Assembly (NCBI RefSeq): GCF_018350175.1
Contig: NC_058368.1
Span: 195,364,001-195,428,000 of the forward strand
Length of the DNA: 64,000 bases
Reading direction: 5' to 3'
Source: Felis catus
Taxonomy: Eukaryota
Shown here: positions 1 through 11,598 of the stretch, piece by piece
Layout of the letters: each line of letters opens with the position of its first letter
Position numbering within the stretch: the stretch's first letter is position 1
Position numbers and translations under genes: made by a program
Notes under the pieces: model-generated
Database searches by the model: none
Told to the model about the DNA's origin: nothing
What the model saw: the letters and a program-made list of their open reading frames with translations, nothing else

Positions 1-905
1 ATAAGGTATTAGTATTCAAAAATATAAAGAACTTATCAACACAACACCATAAAAAAATAATCCAATTTAAAAATGGGCAGAAAACATAAAACAGACATTT
101 CTCCAAAGAAGACATACAGATGGCCCACAGACACATGAAAAGATGCTCAACATCACTCATCATCAGGGAAATGCAAATCAAAACCACAATGAGATATCAC
201 CTCACACCTATCAAAATGGCTAAAATCAAAAACACAACAAACAACAACTGTCGGCAAGGATGTGGAGAAAAAGCAACCCTTTCGCACTGTTGTTGGGAAC
301 GCAGACTGGTGCAGCCACTGTGAAAGGCTCCTCAAAAAATTAAAAATAGAATTATCATATGATCCAGTAATTCCACAACTGGGTATTTACCCAAAGAATA
401 CAAAGACGCTCATTCAAAAAGATATTTGCACCCCTGTGTTTATTGTAACATAATTTACAATAACCAAATTATGGAAGCAGCCTAAGTGTCCATTGACAGA
501 TGAATAGATAAAGAAGATGTGGTATGTATATGTAACAGAATATTACTGAGCCACGAAAAAGAATGAAATCTTGCCATTTGCAACAACATGGATGGACCCG
601 GAGGATATAATGTTAAGTGAAATAAGTAAGACAAGTACCATATGATTTCGCTCATATGTGCAATTTAGGAAACAAAAGAGATGAACAAAGAAAGAAAGAG
701 ACAAACCAAGAAACAGACTCCTAACTATAGCAAACAAACTGATGGTTACCAGAGGGGAGGTGGGGGGGGGGTGGTGTGAAAAGGGGATTAAGAGCACACT
801 TATCATGATGAGCACTGAGTAATGTGTGGAAGTGTTGAATCGCTATACGGTACACCTGAGACTAATATACCGCTGTACATTAACTATATTAGAATTAAAT
901 AAATA
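1..905 (+). mobile_element. L1 3' portion (end of ORF2 plus 3' UTR), degenerate
   Basis: ORF peptides [26 protein letters not shown] and LKIELSYDPVIPQLGIYPK match the L1 ORF2p C-terminus; A-rich end near 900. Confidence 0.9.
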
Positions 906-1111
906 CAAGGAGGTCAGTGTGGCTGTAGCAGAATGAGCTACGGCAAGAGAAGTAAATTAGGTCAGAGCAAGCACAAGTGGGCGAAAACTGTATAAAGCTC
1001 TGTGAGCCATTTTAAGGATTTTGGCTCTTACTCTGAGTGAGATGGGAAGATATTGGAGGAGTCTGAGCAGATGAATGCCATGATCTGACTTGGGTTTAAA
1101 AGGATGCTCTG

Positions 1112-1333
1112 GGGGCGCCTGGGTGGCTTAGTCGGTTGGGCATCCAACTTCAGCTCAGGTCATGGTCTGGTGGTTTGTGAGTTCGAGCCCCGCATCGGGC
1201 TCTGTACTGACAGCTCAGAGCCTGGAGCCTGCTTTGGATTCTGTATCTCCCCCTCTCTCTGCCCCTCCCATGGTCATGCTCTGTCTCTCTCTGTCTGTCA
1301 ATAATAAACGTTAAAAATTTTTTTTTAAAAAAA
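1112..1333 (+). mobile_element. CAN-SINE inserted in an L2 remnant
   Basis: GGGGCGCCTGGGTGGCT head, CT-rich body, A/T tail; flanking repeat aggatgctctg. Confidence 0.9.
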
Positions 1334-2697
1334 CAGGATGCTCTGCCTATTGGGTTGATTTAGGAATGGGCAGAAAGGGGAGACCAGTCAGGAGGCAGTT
1401 TCTATAATCTGGAATAAGATTATGATGATTTGACAAGAATAAGCACAGTAAAGATGGTGAGAAGTGGTCAATTTCTGAAAAATAGTTTTATGGTAGATTG
1501 GAAATGTTAATTGTCGATGGAAGGAAATGGAGTATGAGAGAGAGGAGATAAATACTTTGGCCTGAACCACAGGAAGAGTAGAGCTGCCTTCTACAAGACC
1601 AGGAAGACAATGGCAGGAGCAGGCCTCTAGGATCAGTGAGTCCAGCCCCCTATCCTTTGGTGGGGAAACCAAGGCCCCGAGAGGAGGAGCGATGCACCCA
1701 GAGTCTCACACAGGTCATGTGTCCCTTTGCTCTAGCAAAGAGCCCTTGCTTCGGAGCCCTTGGCCGCCACATCATACAAAGGTAACAAAATAACATATAG
1801 AGAATGATTACATTTTGTTAAGAAAAAAAAAAAAACAGGGTGCATATGCACACGACACAGTCTGTATGCACATGAGTTACGTGAATTTAAGGTAGTGTGA
1901 TATAAAAATATTAGTAAAGATCCACTTTGTATGCAGAATTTACAGCCTTTAGAATCCCACCCAAATTCAAAATTTCACAAAGTATGTCATAACAGCCAGA
2001 CTGATGCTCAGAAGGGCACAGTGAATTGTGCTACACTATAACTTCCATACGGCGGCCACTTTGGCTGGGACACAGAAGTGCCCACCTGGTCCTTCTGTGA
2101 GAATACAGAGAGAAATGCCCTGGTCACATGGCACTTGTGTGAGAGGTCTGAGTAGTTATTAGCTGTAGCGTGAGCATTCATCATTAGTATAGTTTAAAAC
2201 ATTCTGTAAGCCATAACGATACAATTCAAGGATTCATGAAGCGGCACAAGTGCTGAAAAATGAATTCTAAAATCCTCAGTTTGGGCATGGGTATTGGAAG
2301 ACATAATATTCCTATAACGAAGGCTGAACACCATCATGACACCACATGCTGAGGACTAGGGAGAGTGCATCCTGCAAAATAAATTAGGAACAGAGTGGAA
2401 ATGAAAAGCAGCAATTTAAAGCAAAGACCCTGCTAAGGAAGCAAATACCGGCTCAAGTACATAGGAAAAGTGCTGGTGCCAGATCGACCCGTTATAATGT
2501 GCCTCTTGGCCAAGCTGTTGTGATTTTTATCATGATCTGAAAGGCAGTGATAATGATAAGATGTTTTACCGCGAGTATTTCTGCGGCAAATGGAGTACGT
2601 TTAAAGAAAGAAGAGTATGTTACAAAGCTAAGACACTTAGGCGCTCCGGAGTCCCAGAGAAAAAAATGTACGAGTGCTTCAAAAGCCCCTCCTGTGA

Positions 2698-2929
2698 GGG
2701 GCGCCTGGGTGGCGCAGTCGGTTAAGCGTCCGACTTCAGCCAGGTCACGATCTCGCGGTCCGTGAGTTCGAGCCCCGCGTCGGGCTCTGGGCTGATGGCT
2801 CAGAGCCTGGAGCCTGTTTCCGATTCTGTGTCTCCCTCTCTCTCTGCCCCTCCCCCGTTCATGCTCTGTCTCTCTCTGTCCCAAAAATAAATAAACGTTG
2901 AAAAAAAAAAATTAAAAAAAAAAAAAAAA
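2698..2929 (+). mobile_element. Young felid SINEC_Fc
   Basis: Near-consensus with CpGs retained and a long poly-A; perfect 17-bp TSD aaaagcccctcctgtga at 2681-2697 and 2930-2946. Confidence 0.95.
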
Positions 2930-3569
2930 AAAAGCCCCTCCTGTGAATCCAGGACGAGTGCTGTGCCACCAATATTGGCATTCTGATGCCTGGGAGAGTG
3001 TGTGAGGGACAGAAGATTCTGCAGACACAGACCTGGGAGGCGCAGGTGAAAAGATGGCAAGGGGTGCATCAGTCCGACAACCTGCACTAGCCCCCCGGAT
3101 TACGATGACAGGAGCGTCAATGCACGTGTGTGAGACCCTTGGAACCAAAGGCTGCTCACACAGGAGGGCATCACAAGAGCATGCTTTAAACGTATTATAC
3201 TGCTTTAATGGAAGGAAGACTTTCTCAGTGCTGTGCGATGGCCAATGGGGTATCACAAATGGGTTATGGGGTGCTGAGGTATTGACACTCTTGCCCCTTG
3301 AAGCAGCCAGGCAGGTCCCAAAGTGGCTAGAGCTCCTGAGACAGTTAGCTCTAACCATAAACAGGCTTTGTTCTTTCATCCTGAGGACCTAGAAAATGTT
3401 ATTTTCTACATGTTATGATATAAAAAAGACTGGGAAACGCTGGATAAGTAGAGTATCGATATAATTTCAAATGGAGACACTTTTGAGAATGAAAGGGGCC
3501 TTGTTAATATTTGCATCAGGACAATCGGCATAGAGTGGGACTGCTCCAGGTAAACTGGGATGTATGATG

Positions 3570-4002
3570 GAGTAGGCAGAGTAATGGTCTCCAGAGATGT
3601 CCACATCCTTATCCCCGCGACGCTTAGACAGCAAAAGGGACTTTGCAGATGTGATTAAAGTAAGGGTTTTGAGATGAGGAGATTATCCTGGATTATCCGG
3701 ATGCACCTGGTGACATTGCAAGGGCTCTTACAGGAGGGAGGCTAGAAGGTCAGGGAAGAGGCAAGATGCTATTCTACTGGCTTTGGAGATGGAAGGAGGA
3801 GCTGCATGCCAAGGGAATGTGGGAGGCTCTAGAAGCTGGGAGAAAAAGGAAGCCGATACTCCCTAGAGCCTCCTGAAAGAACAGTTTTGCTAACATCTTG
3901 ATTTTAGGACTTCTGACTTCCAGAACTGTACGAGAATGTTTGTGTTCTTTTACTCCGCTGTGCTTGTGGTAATTTGTTGCAACAGCAATAGAAAACCAGT
4001 AC
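3570..4002 (+). mobile_element. MaLR LTR (MLT1-type)
   Basis: Typical MLT1 motifs: gactttgcagatgtgattaa, gagattatcctggattatcc, terminal gtaatttgttgcaacagcaatagaaaacca. Confidence 0.8.
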
Positions 4003-5159
4003 AAATATTTGTAATTGACAATACATTTATCTCTATGCTTATAGAATTTTAAGCTATAAAGGTAAATAACTAAAACAGGTATAAATTTGCACTAACATTG
4101 TACTAATAAATTGAAAACTCATTATATTGTATAGAGAGATGGAAAACTAGAGAACTGAAAAAACAGATGTTAAAAAAGCTTAGCCACAGAAAGAGGGACT
4201 TTTCATGGAGAAGGTTAGATGAGAAGACTCCCGTTTTTATTATACATCCTCTGGTTAAAATATTAATAGTCTAAACCTGGGCATGTATGTTTTATTTTGA
4301 GTATTAGTTTTTAAAGTAAGGTTGTTTGGGGGGAAGTTTCCAAGAGCTTATTGGGCTCAGGTTCTCCAAAGCTATAGCCCCCGCCCTACCTGAAACCTGC
4401 TTACAGATTCCCCCTCATCCACAGAACTTCTCCTAACCTTTTACTCAGCCAACAGCTTCCTTGGCACAAGATAAGGCCAACTGATAGGTCCTCCTGAAAT
4501 AAGGCAGGAAGAGGCACCATTGGACAAGGAATATTCCCAGGATTGGACCCAGGCAAGGGTCCGAGAGATCTGGAGCAAACCCCCAAAGCCCCATCTGTAG
4601 GGTGGGCAGACCTTGACTTTACCTCACAATGCTAACAAAGGGCCTGGGAGAGCTGAGAAGAGAGAAGGGCCTCCTGTTGCCACTGAAAAAGCACTGACAT
4701 AGGAGCACGAAGGAAAAGGCTGAGGCCAGCTCTACCATTGACTTAGCAAATCCCTTTCAGTCTGGGCTTCCGCCCCTAGCTGCTGAAATGAACAGGGGAA
4801 GGAAGCTCACCTCCCAAATCTTCCTCCTTCCAAAGATGACTGGGCGGGCCCAAGGTCAGCCAGAGAGTCATTATGTATCACACCTCAGAGTTTCTCTGAG
4901 ATGGTCTGCTGCAACCCATTCATTTACACATGGGAAACAGCCTCTGCGAGACAAAGGTGTTCATTCAAGGTCATACTTGGTAATTTCCGATGACCTTCAC
5001 TTAGACCCTAGGGTTCTATGGTTACCATTTGCATATGAAGACACAGAATGGTACCCGTTTGATAAGCAAATAAATTGTATCTGAGTCTTTAAAAAATCCA
5101 ATATAAGATGCCATTATGGAAAAAACATAGCAACGACCTCATATAAAAGATAAGCAGTT

Positions 5160-5706
5160 ATATCAGCTTTCTACTGCTGTGTAATAAATTACCACAAGCT
5201 TAGTGGTTTAAAACAACACACTTTTATTGTCTCATGGTTTCTGTGGGTCAGGGGTGGCTTAACTGGGTTCTCTGCTTACAGGAACTCACAAGGCTGTAGT
5301 CAGGTGTTAGCTGGGTTGTGTTCTCATTTGGAAGCACAACTGCCAAAGAATCTTCCTCCAAGCTCACTTGGGTTGTTGGTACATTTACTTGCTATTGTAG
5401 GACTGAAATCCTCAGCTTCTCACTGGCAGTTGGCTTCTTGTTGGCCCTCAGCTCCTAGCCATGTGAGCCTTCCAACATGCCACTTCTCCAAAGCCAGCTG
5501 AGCCTTGAGGACTCTAGAGAGAGTCTGCTGGTTATATAAATTCTTAGATGACATAATGTAATCATGAAAGTGACATCCCATCACCTTTGCCACATTCTGT
5601 TAGTCAGAAGCAAGCATGGGCCCCACCCACACTCAAGGGGAGGGGATATACAAGAGCACGAATACCGTGAATATCAACAGAGGTGGCAACTTACAGTCTA
5701 TCCACC
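5160..5706 (-). mobile_element. MaLR LTR (MLT1-type)
   Basis: ctgctgtgtaataaattaccacaagcttagtggtttaaaacaacac start and gtgacatcccatcacctttgccacattctgtt motif. Confidence 0.75.
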
Positions 5707-5759
5707 ATTGTGGTGAAAACTGTAAGTGTAAAAAGACTGAAATCTCTACTCCAGCTAAG

Positions 5760-6960
5760 ACAAGATGAGAACTCAGGTTTAGCCACTGGATTTTGGAATG
5801 CAAGGCATTGTTACCCTTGACAAGAATAGTTTCAATGAAGTAATAAGGATCAAAGTCTACTGGAATAGATTCAAGAGAATGGAAAGTGAGAAATTGGAGA
5901 GGGTGAGTAGAGACACCTCTTTCAAGGAGTTGTGCTATGAAAGAGAAAAGAGAGATGAGAGAACAGTTACTCTATTATGTTTATATGTTCATTGGAACAA
6001 TGCAGTAGGAAGGGGAATTTTGATGGTCCAAGAGAGAAGGAAGGATCATTGCAAGAGCAAAACTCTTGGTTAAGTAAAGGGAAGGGGAAGAGATCAGTGT
6101 GCAAGATAAAGGAACTTAACGACAGGTGAGGACAGTTTACCTATTTTTGTGGGAGAAAAGCCTGGTATATGATTCAGACACAGGTCAGTGGGTAGATTTC
6201 ATGGGTGGAGGATAAGGAAGTTCTCTTCTGATTGCTTCTATTTCCTCAATGAAATAAAAACAATGTCATCAGCTGAGAGTGAAAAGGGGAGAATACTGGA
6301 GGTTTGAATCAAGAGAAGAGATAAGAAACCGTCCTCCTGAAGAATGGGAAAGCAACAGAAACAAGATAGGTCATAGATCTGCCCAACAGTGCTGGGACCC
6401 ACCTGAGGGTCGTGTTCATAAATTTAAGATGTAACCAGTTGGCAAATCTGTGTATATTTCTCAACCCATATTCAACTGCTTGGGTGTAGTCTCAAAGTAG
6501 AGGCGAAGTTGCATCTACCCAGTATTATGGCTTTGAAAGTTGGACCCAATACAAGGAAAGGGATAAGACGGATAAGAGTGAGTGGCAGGGGTGACTGCAA
6601 TGACTGTCTAATAGCTGGGTTAAGATGGCAGTGAGAGTATGAGGGGACGAGCAGTAGATAGGGAGCAGAGTAGCACTGGTAGACTGGGGGCCCTGATGTC
6701 AAAGATCTGGTGCGGTCTGCAAACTCATGGATAGAAGATGGACCGATAGGAGTTGGTAAGCCATCTAGAGAATAGGATGTTTGCAGTAGAGATTTTGAAG
6801 GTGGTGTAGTCTCCGGTGATGACAAGGCCTAGGCTATATGATGGGGGGAGTGGGTGTCTAAGGTGGGGTGAAGGGCAAACTGTCTGGAAGCAGTGACCTG
6901 CAGAGAAAATGGTGACCTCAGGGGAGCCACATTTTAATTAGAGCAAGGAGGTGAAAAGAA
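5760..6960. mobile_element. Old LINE remnant, L2-like
   Basis: Degenerate purine-rich L2-type motifs such as agttctcttctgattgcttctatttcctcaatgaaataa...tcatcagctgagagtga. Confidence 0.55.
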
Positions 6961-8204
6961 TATTGCCACGCAGAGGACTTCCCTCTTCCTCGGGAAAACC
7001 TTTGCTGACCTCGTTGCAAGAGCCAACCGCTTTTATTACACTCAAGTGTTCAGAGCACTTATCACAGTTGAAACTTTTACTTATTTATGAGAAACCCTGA
7101 GTAATATTCATGGTGTCCAACGAAGCTCCTGGAAAACAGGCACCACACTGCCTGGGACCGGGGGATCCTCAGCACCCAGAAAAGCTCCTGGCACGTGGGC
7201 ATTCAATCAGTACTGGTAGAAGGAAAAGAACAGACTCTTAGAGCAGTGGTGAGAAGTCTCTGTGGGAGTGGAGGAAAAGCGCATTCATCCACTCATTCGT
7301 GCTTTTGGTCTTTCGTTCTTCCTGAGGATCAGAGCCTGCATCACTCCAGGCCAGTGGGGTGGAGCTGTACTGAAGTTCCTGAGGCAGCTGAGAGCTGGGC
7401 CTTGCAGCTCCTACACGCCAAGGCTGTTCTTGCTCAAGCTTTTGCCAAGCGATGGAGGCTCTCCACCCCTCACGCACAGTGTTTGGAGCTGAAGAGTGAG
7501 GTATCCACCTGCCTGGGGCTGGGGGCACCTCTGCCAGCAGCCAGTCCCTGAATGGTGCAGCCCAAGGAATGTCCCAGGGGCTCCCAGGCAGGGCTCAGCA
7601 ACTCTCGCACCAGGGCTCCTGCTGTCTAAGGAGGCCAGTGGGATCTTGTAAATGTCCTTTCCTCCCCAACAGTAGCTCCTGCGTCTTGGATCTTGTACCT
7701 TGAGACTTTTGTGGGAATTCTTTCCTTCTTTTCAATAGCTCAAGTAGCTAAATCTGGGCTCTTCTCCATTTTTGACAGGCAAAGAGAGGTGTAGAGATGG
7801 GCAACAATAATGTTCCTTGAAGATAATGCTTTTGACATAAGCATAACTTTGTAGGGATCCTTTCAACATTATTGAGGACCCAGTCATAATGGGGCTACAA
7901 TAATGAACATGAGACACGATCCTCTAAGGCTCTCACAACTCACAGAGGAAGATGTGTACACACATAGCTGAAATCCCAGACAGAATGGCATGAGTGAAAT
8001 CAAGGATCCAGAAGAGAAAGGTATTTTTTCCAGATGGTCAAAACAGGGAAGGCTTGCATTAGAGGTAGCGTCTGAGCTACTCTTTGGAGAAATGGTGTTG
8101 CCAGTGAGGACACCTATAAAGCATTATCTGCCTCTACTGAAGAAGACAGGCCAAGTCTTTGCCAGCAGAATCAAAGAATCCCAGGTTTGACATTAGCCTG
8201 GGTC

Positions 8205-8460
8205 AGTAGCACATTGTGGAAATGAGCACTGGTTTTGGCATCAGATGGAACTGACTTCAAATCCCAGCTCTGCCACTTACTAGCTATATAACCTGCGACA
8301 AGTTACTCAACCTGTCTTAGCCTCAATTTTCTCATCTGTCAAATGGGGATAATAATAGTTTCTACTTCAGATGATTATTGTTAAGGACCAATTAAGTTGA
8401 GTCATGCAAAGCACTTAACATGGTGCCTGGCAAATAGCAATTATTTGCTGAAAAGGTTAG
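8205..8460 (+). mobile_element. MIR
   Basis: MIR core ttcaaatcccagctctgccacttactagct...gcctcaattttctcatctgtcaaatggggataataatag. Confidence 0.85.
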
Positions 8461-9536
8461 CTAATTCTAGCATGGATCAGACTCGCTGTTCAGACCTTAA
8501 GCAGTCTGAGGACAATGACCCGGCCTCATTTACCGCTGCGTCCTCCCAAGCCTATCACTGGGCACAAGGAGCCAGTATAGGTTTGCAAAATGAATGATCG
8601 GACAGAGGCGACATCCTCTTTATCAATCTCTTAAATTGCAGGTAAGGGAAGATTTTTAGGGGAATGAGTACTGTGGAATCCTAGAAGGAGTTTTAAAGAA
8701 GGTTGCGTTATGGACAGAGATTTTTTTAGGAAGATAAATTATCATCTGTCCTTGAAGGTTTAAGGGGCCAGTCTGCTTGAGGTTTGCCTATAGAGGGGGA
8801 CTGTAGTAGGACAATTGAAGCATTGTATGTGAGGGAAGAGAATATTGAAACGAATGACTTTCTGAGGTTCCAGGATGCCCTGTGTAAGACCACAGGAACA
8901 TGCACTCACCCCCATCCCGGCTCTGCTATTCCCACCGTAGCTGTGTGACCTTGGGCCAACTGTCCCATCTCTGAGCCATAGGTAGCATTGTGAGAATAAA
9001 TCCTATTGCTTTCCAAGGCGTTGAGAGGGTTGCATGAGGCACTTCTCCCTCAGAGCCTGTGCAGGGCAGGTCTGAGCCTGGTGCTGGCATCCCGTGGGTC
9101 TTCTGTCACAACCTGACCCATTTTATGAGAAGCTTTGTCCTCAAGAGATCACGAGAAAGGCAGAGGAAATGCTCTCTATCGCTTGTCCCCAGAACACCCC
9201 TAAGTTAAGGTCAGGCTTCCTGTCCTGGAACCCTGAGTACAATTAGATCTAGAGTTAGCAGCTGTGCCAAGGGAATAGGGATGAACGACAGATCCAGGAG
9301 GGTCACTGCAGCACACCGAACTCGCTTCTGCTTGTGCCAGCCGGGGCCCGGAGACACAGCCTGGAGACTGAGGAGGGCACTAGCCACCCCCTGTGCCCAC
9401 TAGCATCACCTCGTCTGCCTCAGGAAACCAGAGGCGATGCCACGATGGAGACCAGGCAACTGAGTTCCCAAGTCAGGGTCTGTTCCATTGCCCCACAAGC
9501 CGGGGGGCAGGGGGTGGGGGAGGGGAGGGTTACAAA

Positions 9537-9537
<1 letters not shown>

Positions 9538-9578
<41 letters not shown>
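9538..9578. repeat. (CA)n microsatellite
   Basis: About 20 perfect CA units. Confidence 0.95.
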
Positions 9579-9581
<3 letters not shown>

Positions 9582-9869
9582 TTTTTTGATTAGCATAATT
9601 TTATCAGCAGCACAAATACATACAGCCACCTAGTACGAGTCTCTAGTGTTCTGATAGAGCCCATGACAGGAGGGGTTAGGGCCACTCCTTTTTCTTGTCC
9701 CTCCTTTACTCATGGCCACTTACTTCTCTGGTCTGCTCTCTGTAGGGTCTTATTGTCTGTCCATGTGAGACTGACTAGTTATATACTTATATCAATAATA
9801 TCAAACTGCAGAGTTCATGATCCCCCTGTCCACGTTTCTTAAATATTCGGTGTTTTGTTTTGTTTTGTT

Positions 9870-10960
9870 TTAATAGACTTTATTTTTTTCGAGCAGTCTT
9901 AGGTTCACAGCGGTATTGGGCAGAAAGTACAGAGTTCCTGTATACCTCCTACCATAACACACTCACGTCTCTCCACTATCAACATCCCCCACCAGAGTGG
10001 TATGTGCGTCACAATCAATGAATCCACACTGACACATCATCGTCACCCAAAATCCATAGTTTATGTTAGGGTTCGCTCGTGGTGGTGTGTGTTCTGTGGG
10101 CTTGAACAAATACATGACAGGTATTCACCACTGTGGTATCATACAGAATAGTATCACTGTCTTAGAAACCCACTGTGATCTGCCTAACCCTCTCTCACCT
10201 CACCCCAGGCAAACATTGATCTTTTTATTGTCCCCATAGCTTAGCCTTTTCCAGAATGCCGTATAGTTGGAATCAGTCAGTAAGTAGCCTTTTCATACCA
10301 GCTTGATTTCACTTGGTAATATGCACTTAAGTTTCTCCCATGTCTTTTATGGTTTGATAGCTCATTTCTTACTAGTGCTGAATAATATTCCACTGTCCGC
10401 ATGTATCACAGTTTATCTAGTCACCTACTGAAGGACATCATGGTTGCTTCTAAGTTTTGGCCATTATGAGCAAAGCTGCTCTAAGTATTCATGTATAGAT
10501 CTTTGTGTTGACATAAGTTTGCAACTCATTTGAGTAAATACCAAGGAACATTATTGCTGAATCATATGGTAAGAATGTTTTGTAAGCTTTGTAAGAAACG
10601 GCCAACCTGTCTTCCAAAGTGGCTGTGCTGTTTGGCGTTCCCACCAGCAGAGAGTGAGAGTTCCTGTTGCCCCACATCCTTGCCAGCATTTGATGTTGTC
10701 AGGGTGGTGGATTTTGACCATTCTAACAGGTGTGTAGTGTTTTAATTTGCAAGTCCCTGATGATATATGATGTGGAGCATGTTTTCATATGCTTTTTCGC
10801 CTGTTGTGTGTCTTCGTTGGTGAGGTGTCGGTTCAAGTCTTTTGCCTTTTTAATTAGATTGCTTTTTTTACTGTTGAATGTTAATGTAGGTAACAGTCCT
10901 TCTTCAGTGATTTGCAAATATTTTCTCCCAATCTATGGCTTGTCTTCCCATTCTCTTGTC
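9870..10960 (-). mobile_element. Old L1 (L1M-type) 3' fragment
   Basis: Minus-strand peptides KDLNRHLTNEDTQQAKKHMKTCSTSYIIRDLQIK and PYDSAIMFLGIY resemble the L1 ORF2 C-terminus, followed by 3' UTR motifs. Confidence 0.85.
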
Positions 10961-11038
10961 CAATCCATTTTTGTCCTGTATTTTCATCCTAACATACCTG
11001 CTTAACTCTCTTCCTTCTGACCACATCCCCATCTCTGG

Positions 11039-11598
11039 CTGGGTCCTCTCAGTCTGCTGGTGATAAGCTTCGTGGCCACGCACTGTGTGGGTGTCCTGGT
11101 GAACTGTGCCCACCACTTCTTTTTATCTTATTTTATCTTATTCATTTTAGAGAGAGAGAGTGCATGCAAGCAGGGGGGAGGGGCAGAGGGAGAGGAGAGA
11201 GAAAATCTTTTTTTTTTTTTAATTTTTTTTTTTAACGTTTATTTATTTTGGGGACAGAGAGAGACAGAGCATGAACGGGGGAGGGGCAGAGAGAGAGAGG
11301 GAGACACAGAATCGGAAACAGGCTCCAGGCTCTGAGCCATCAGCCCAGAGCCTGACGCGGGGCTCGAACCCACGGACCGCGAGATCGTGACCTGGCTGAA
11401 GTCGGACGCTTAACCGACCGCGCCACCCAGGCGCCCCGAGGAGAGAGAAAATCTTAAGCAGATTCCATGCTCAGCGAGGAGCCCCAAGCAGGGCTGAAGC
11501 CCACAACCCTGGAATCATGACCTGAGACAAAATCACGAGTCGGACACTCAACCTACTGAGCCCCCCAAGCGCCCCTGTGCCCACTACTTCTGCTACAG
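11039..11598 (+). pseudogene. SLC36 pseudo-exon 3, split by a SINE insertion
   Basis: 11039-11120 plus 11592-11598 gives 89 nt, the same length as SLC36A2 exon 3: [29 protein letters not shown](R), 17/30 aa identical to SLC36A2 exon 3 in this window. Acceptor reads tgg; donor reads ggagag. Confidence 0.92.
11121..11575 (-). mobile_element. Older CAN-SINE carrying a nested younger SINEC_Fc (about 11210-11437)
   Basis: Outer TSD tgtgcccac(c/t)acttct at 11105-11120 and 11576-11591; inner perfect TSD gaggagagagaaaatctt at 11192-11209 and 11438-11455. Confidence 0.93.

Noticed and set aside
2698..2790. tRNA-like A/B boxes
   Set aside because: These are the tRNA-derived heads of CAN-SINEs, not tRNA genes.
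2492..2884. Recurrent ORFs of the [19 protein letters not shown]... and [13 protein letters not shown]... types across the window
   Set aside because: Translations of CAN-SINE copies, not genes.
8120..8155. LPLLKKTG as a remnant of SLC36 exon 2 (LPLAVKNAG)
   Set aside because: Too short, with no upstream KGN.GTG motif and no matching splice sites.
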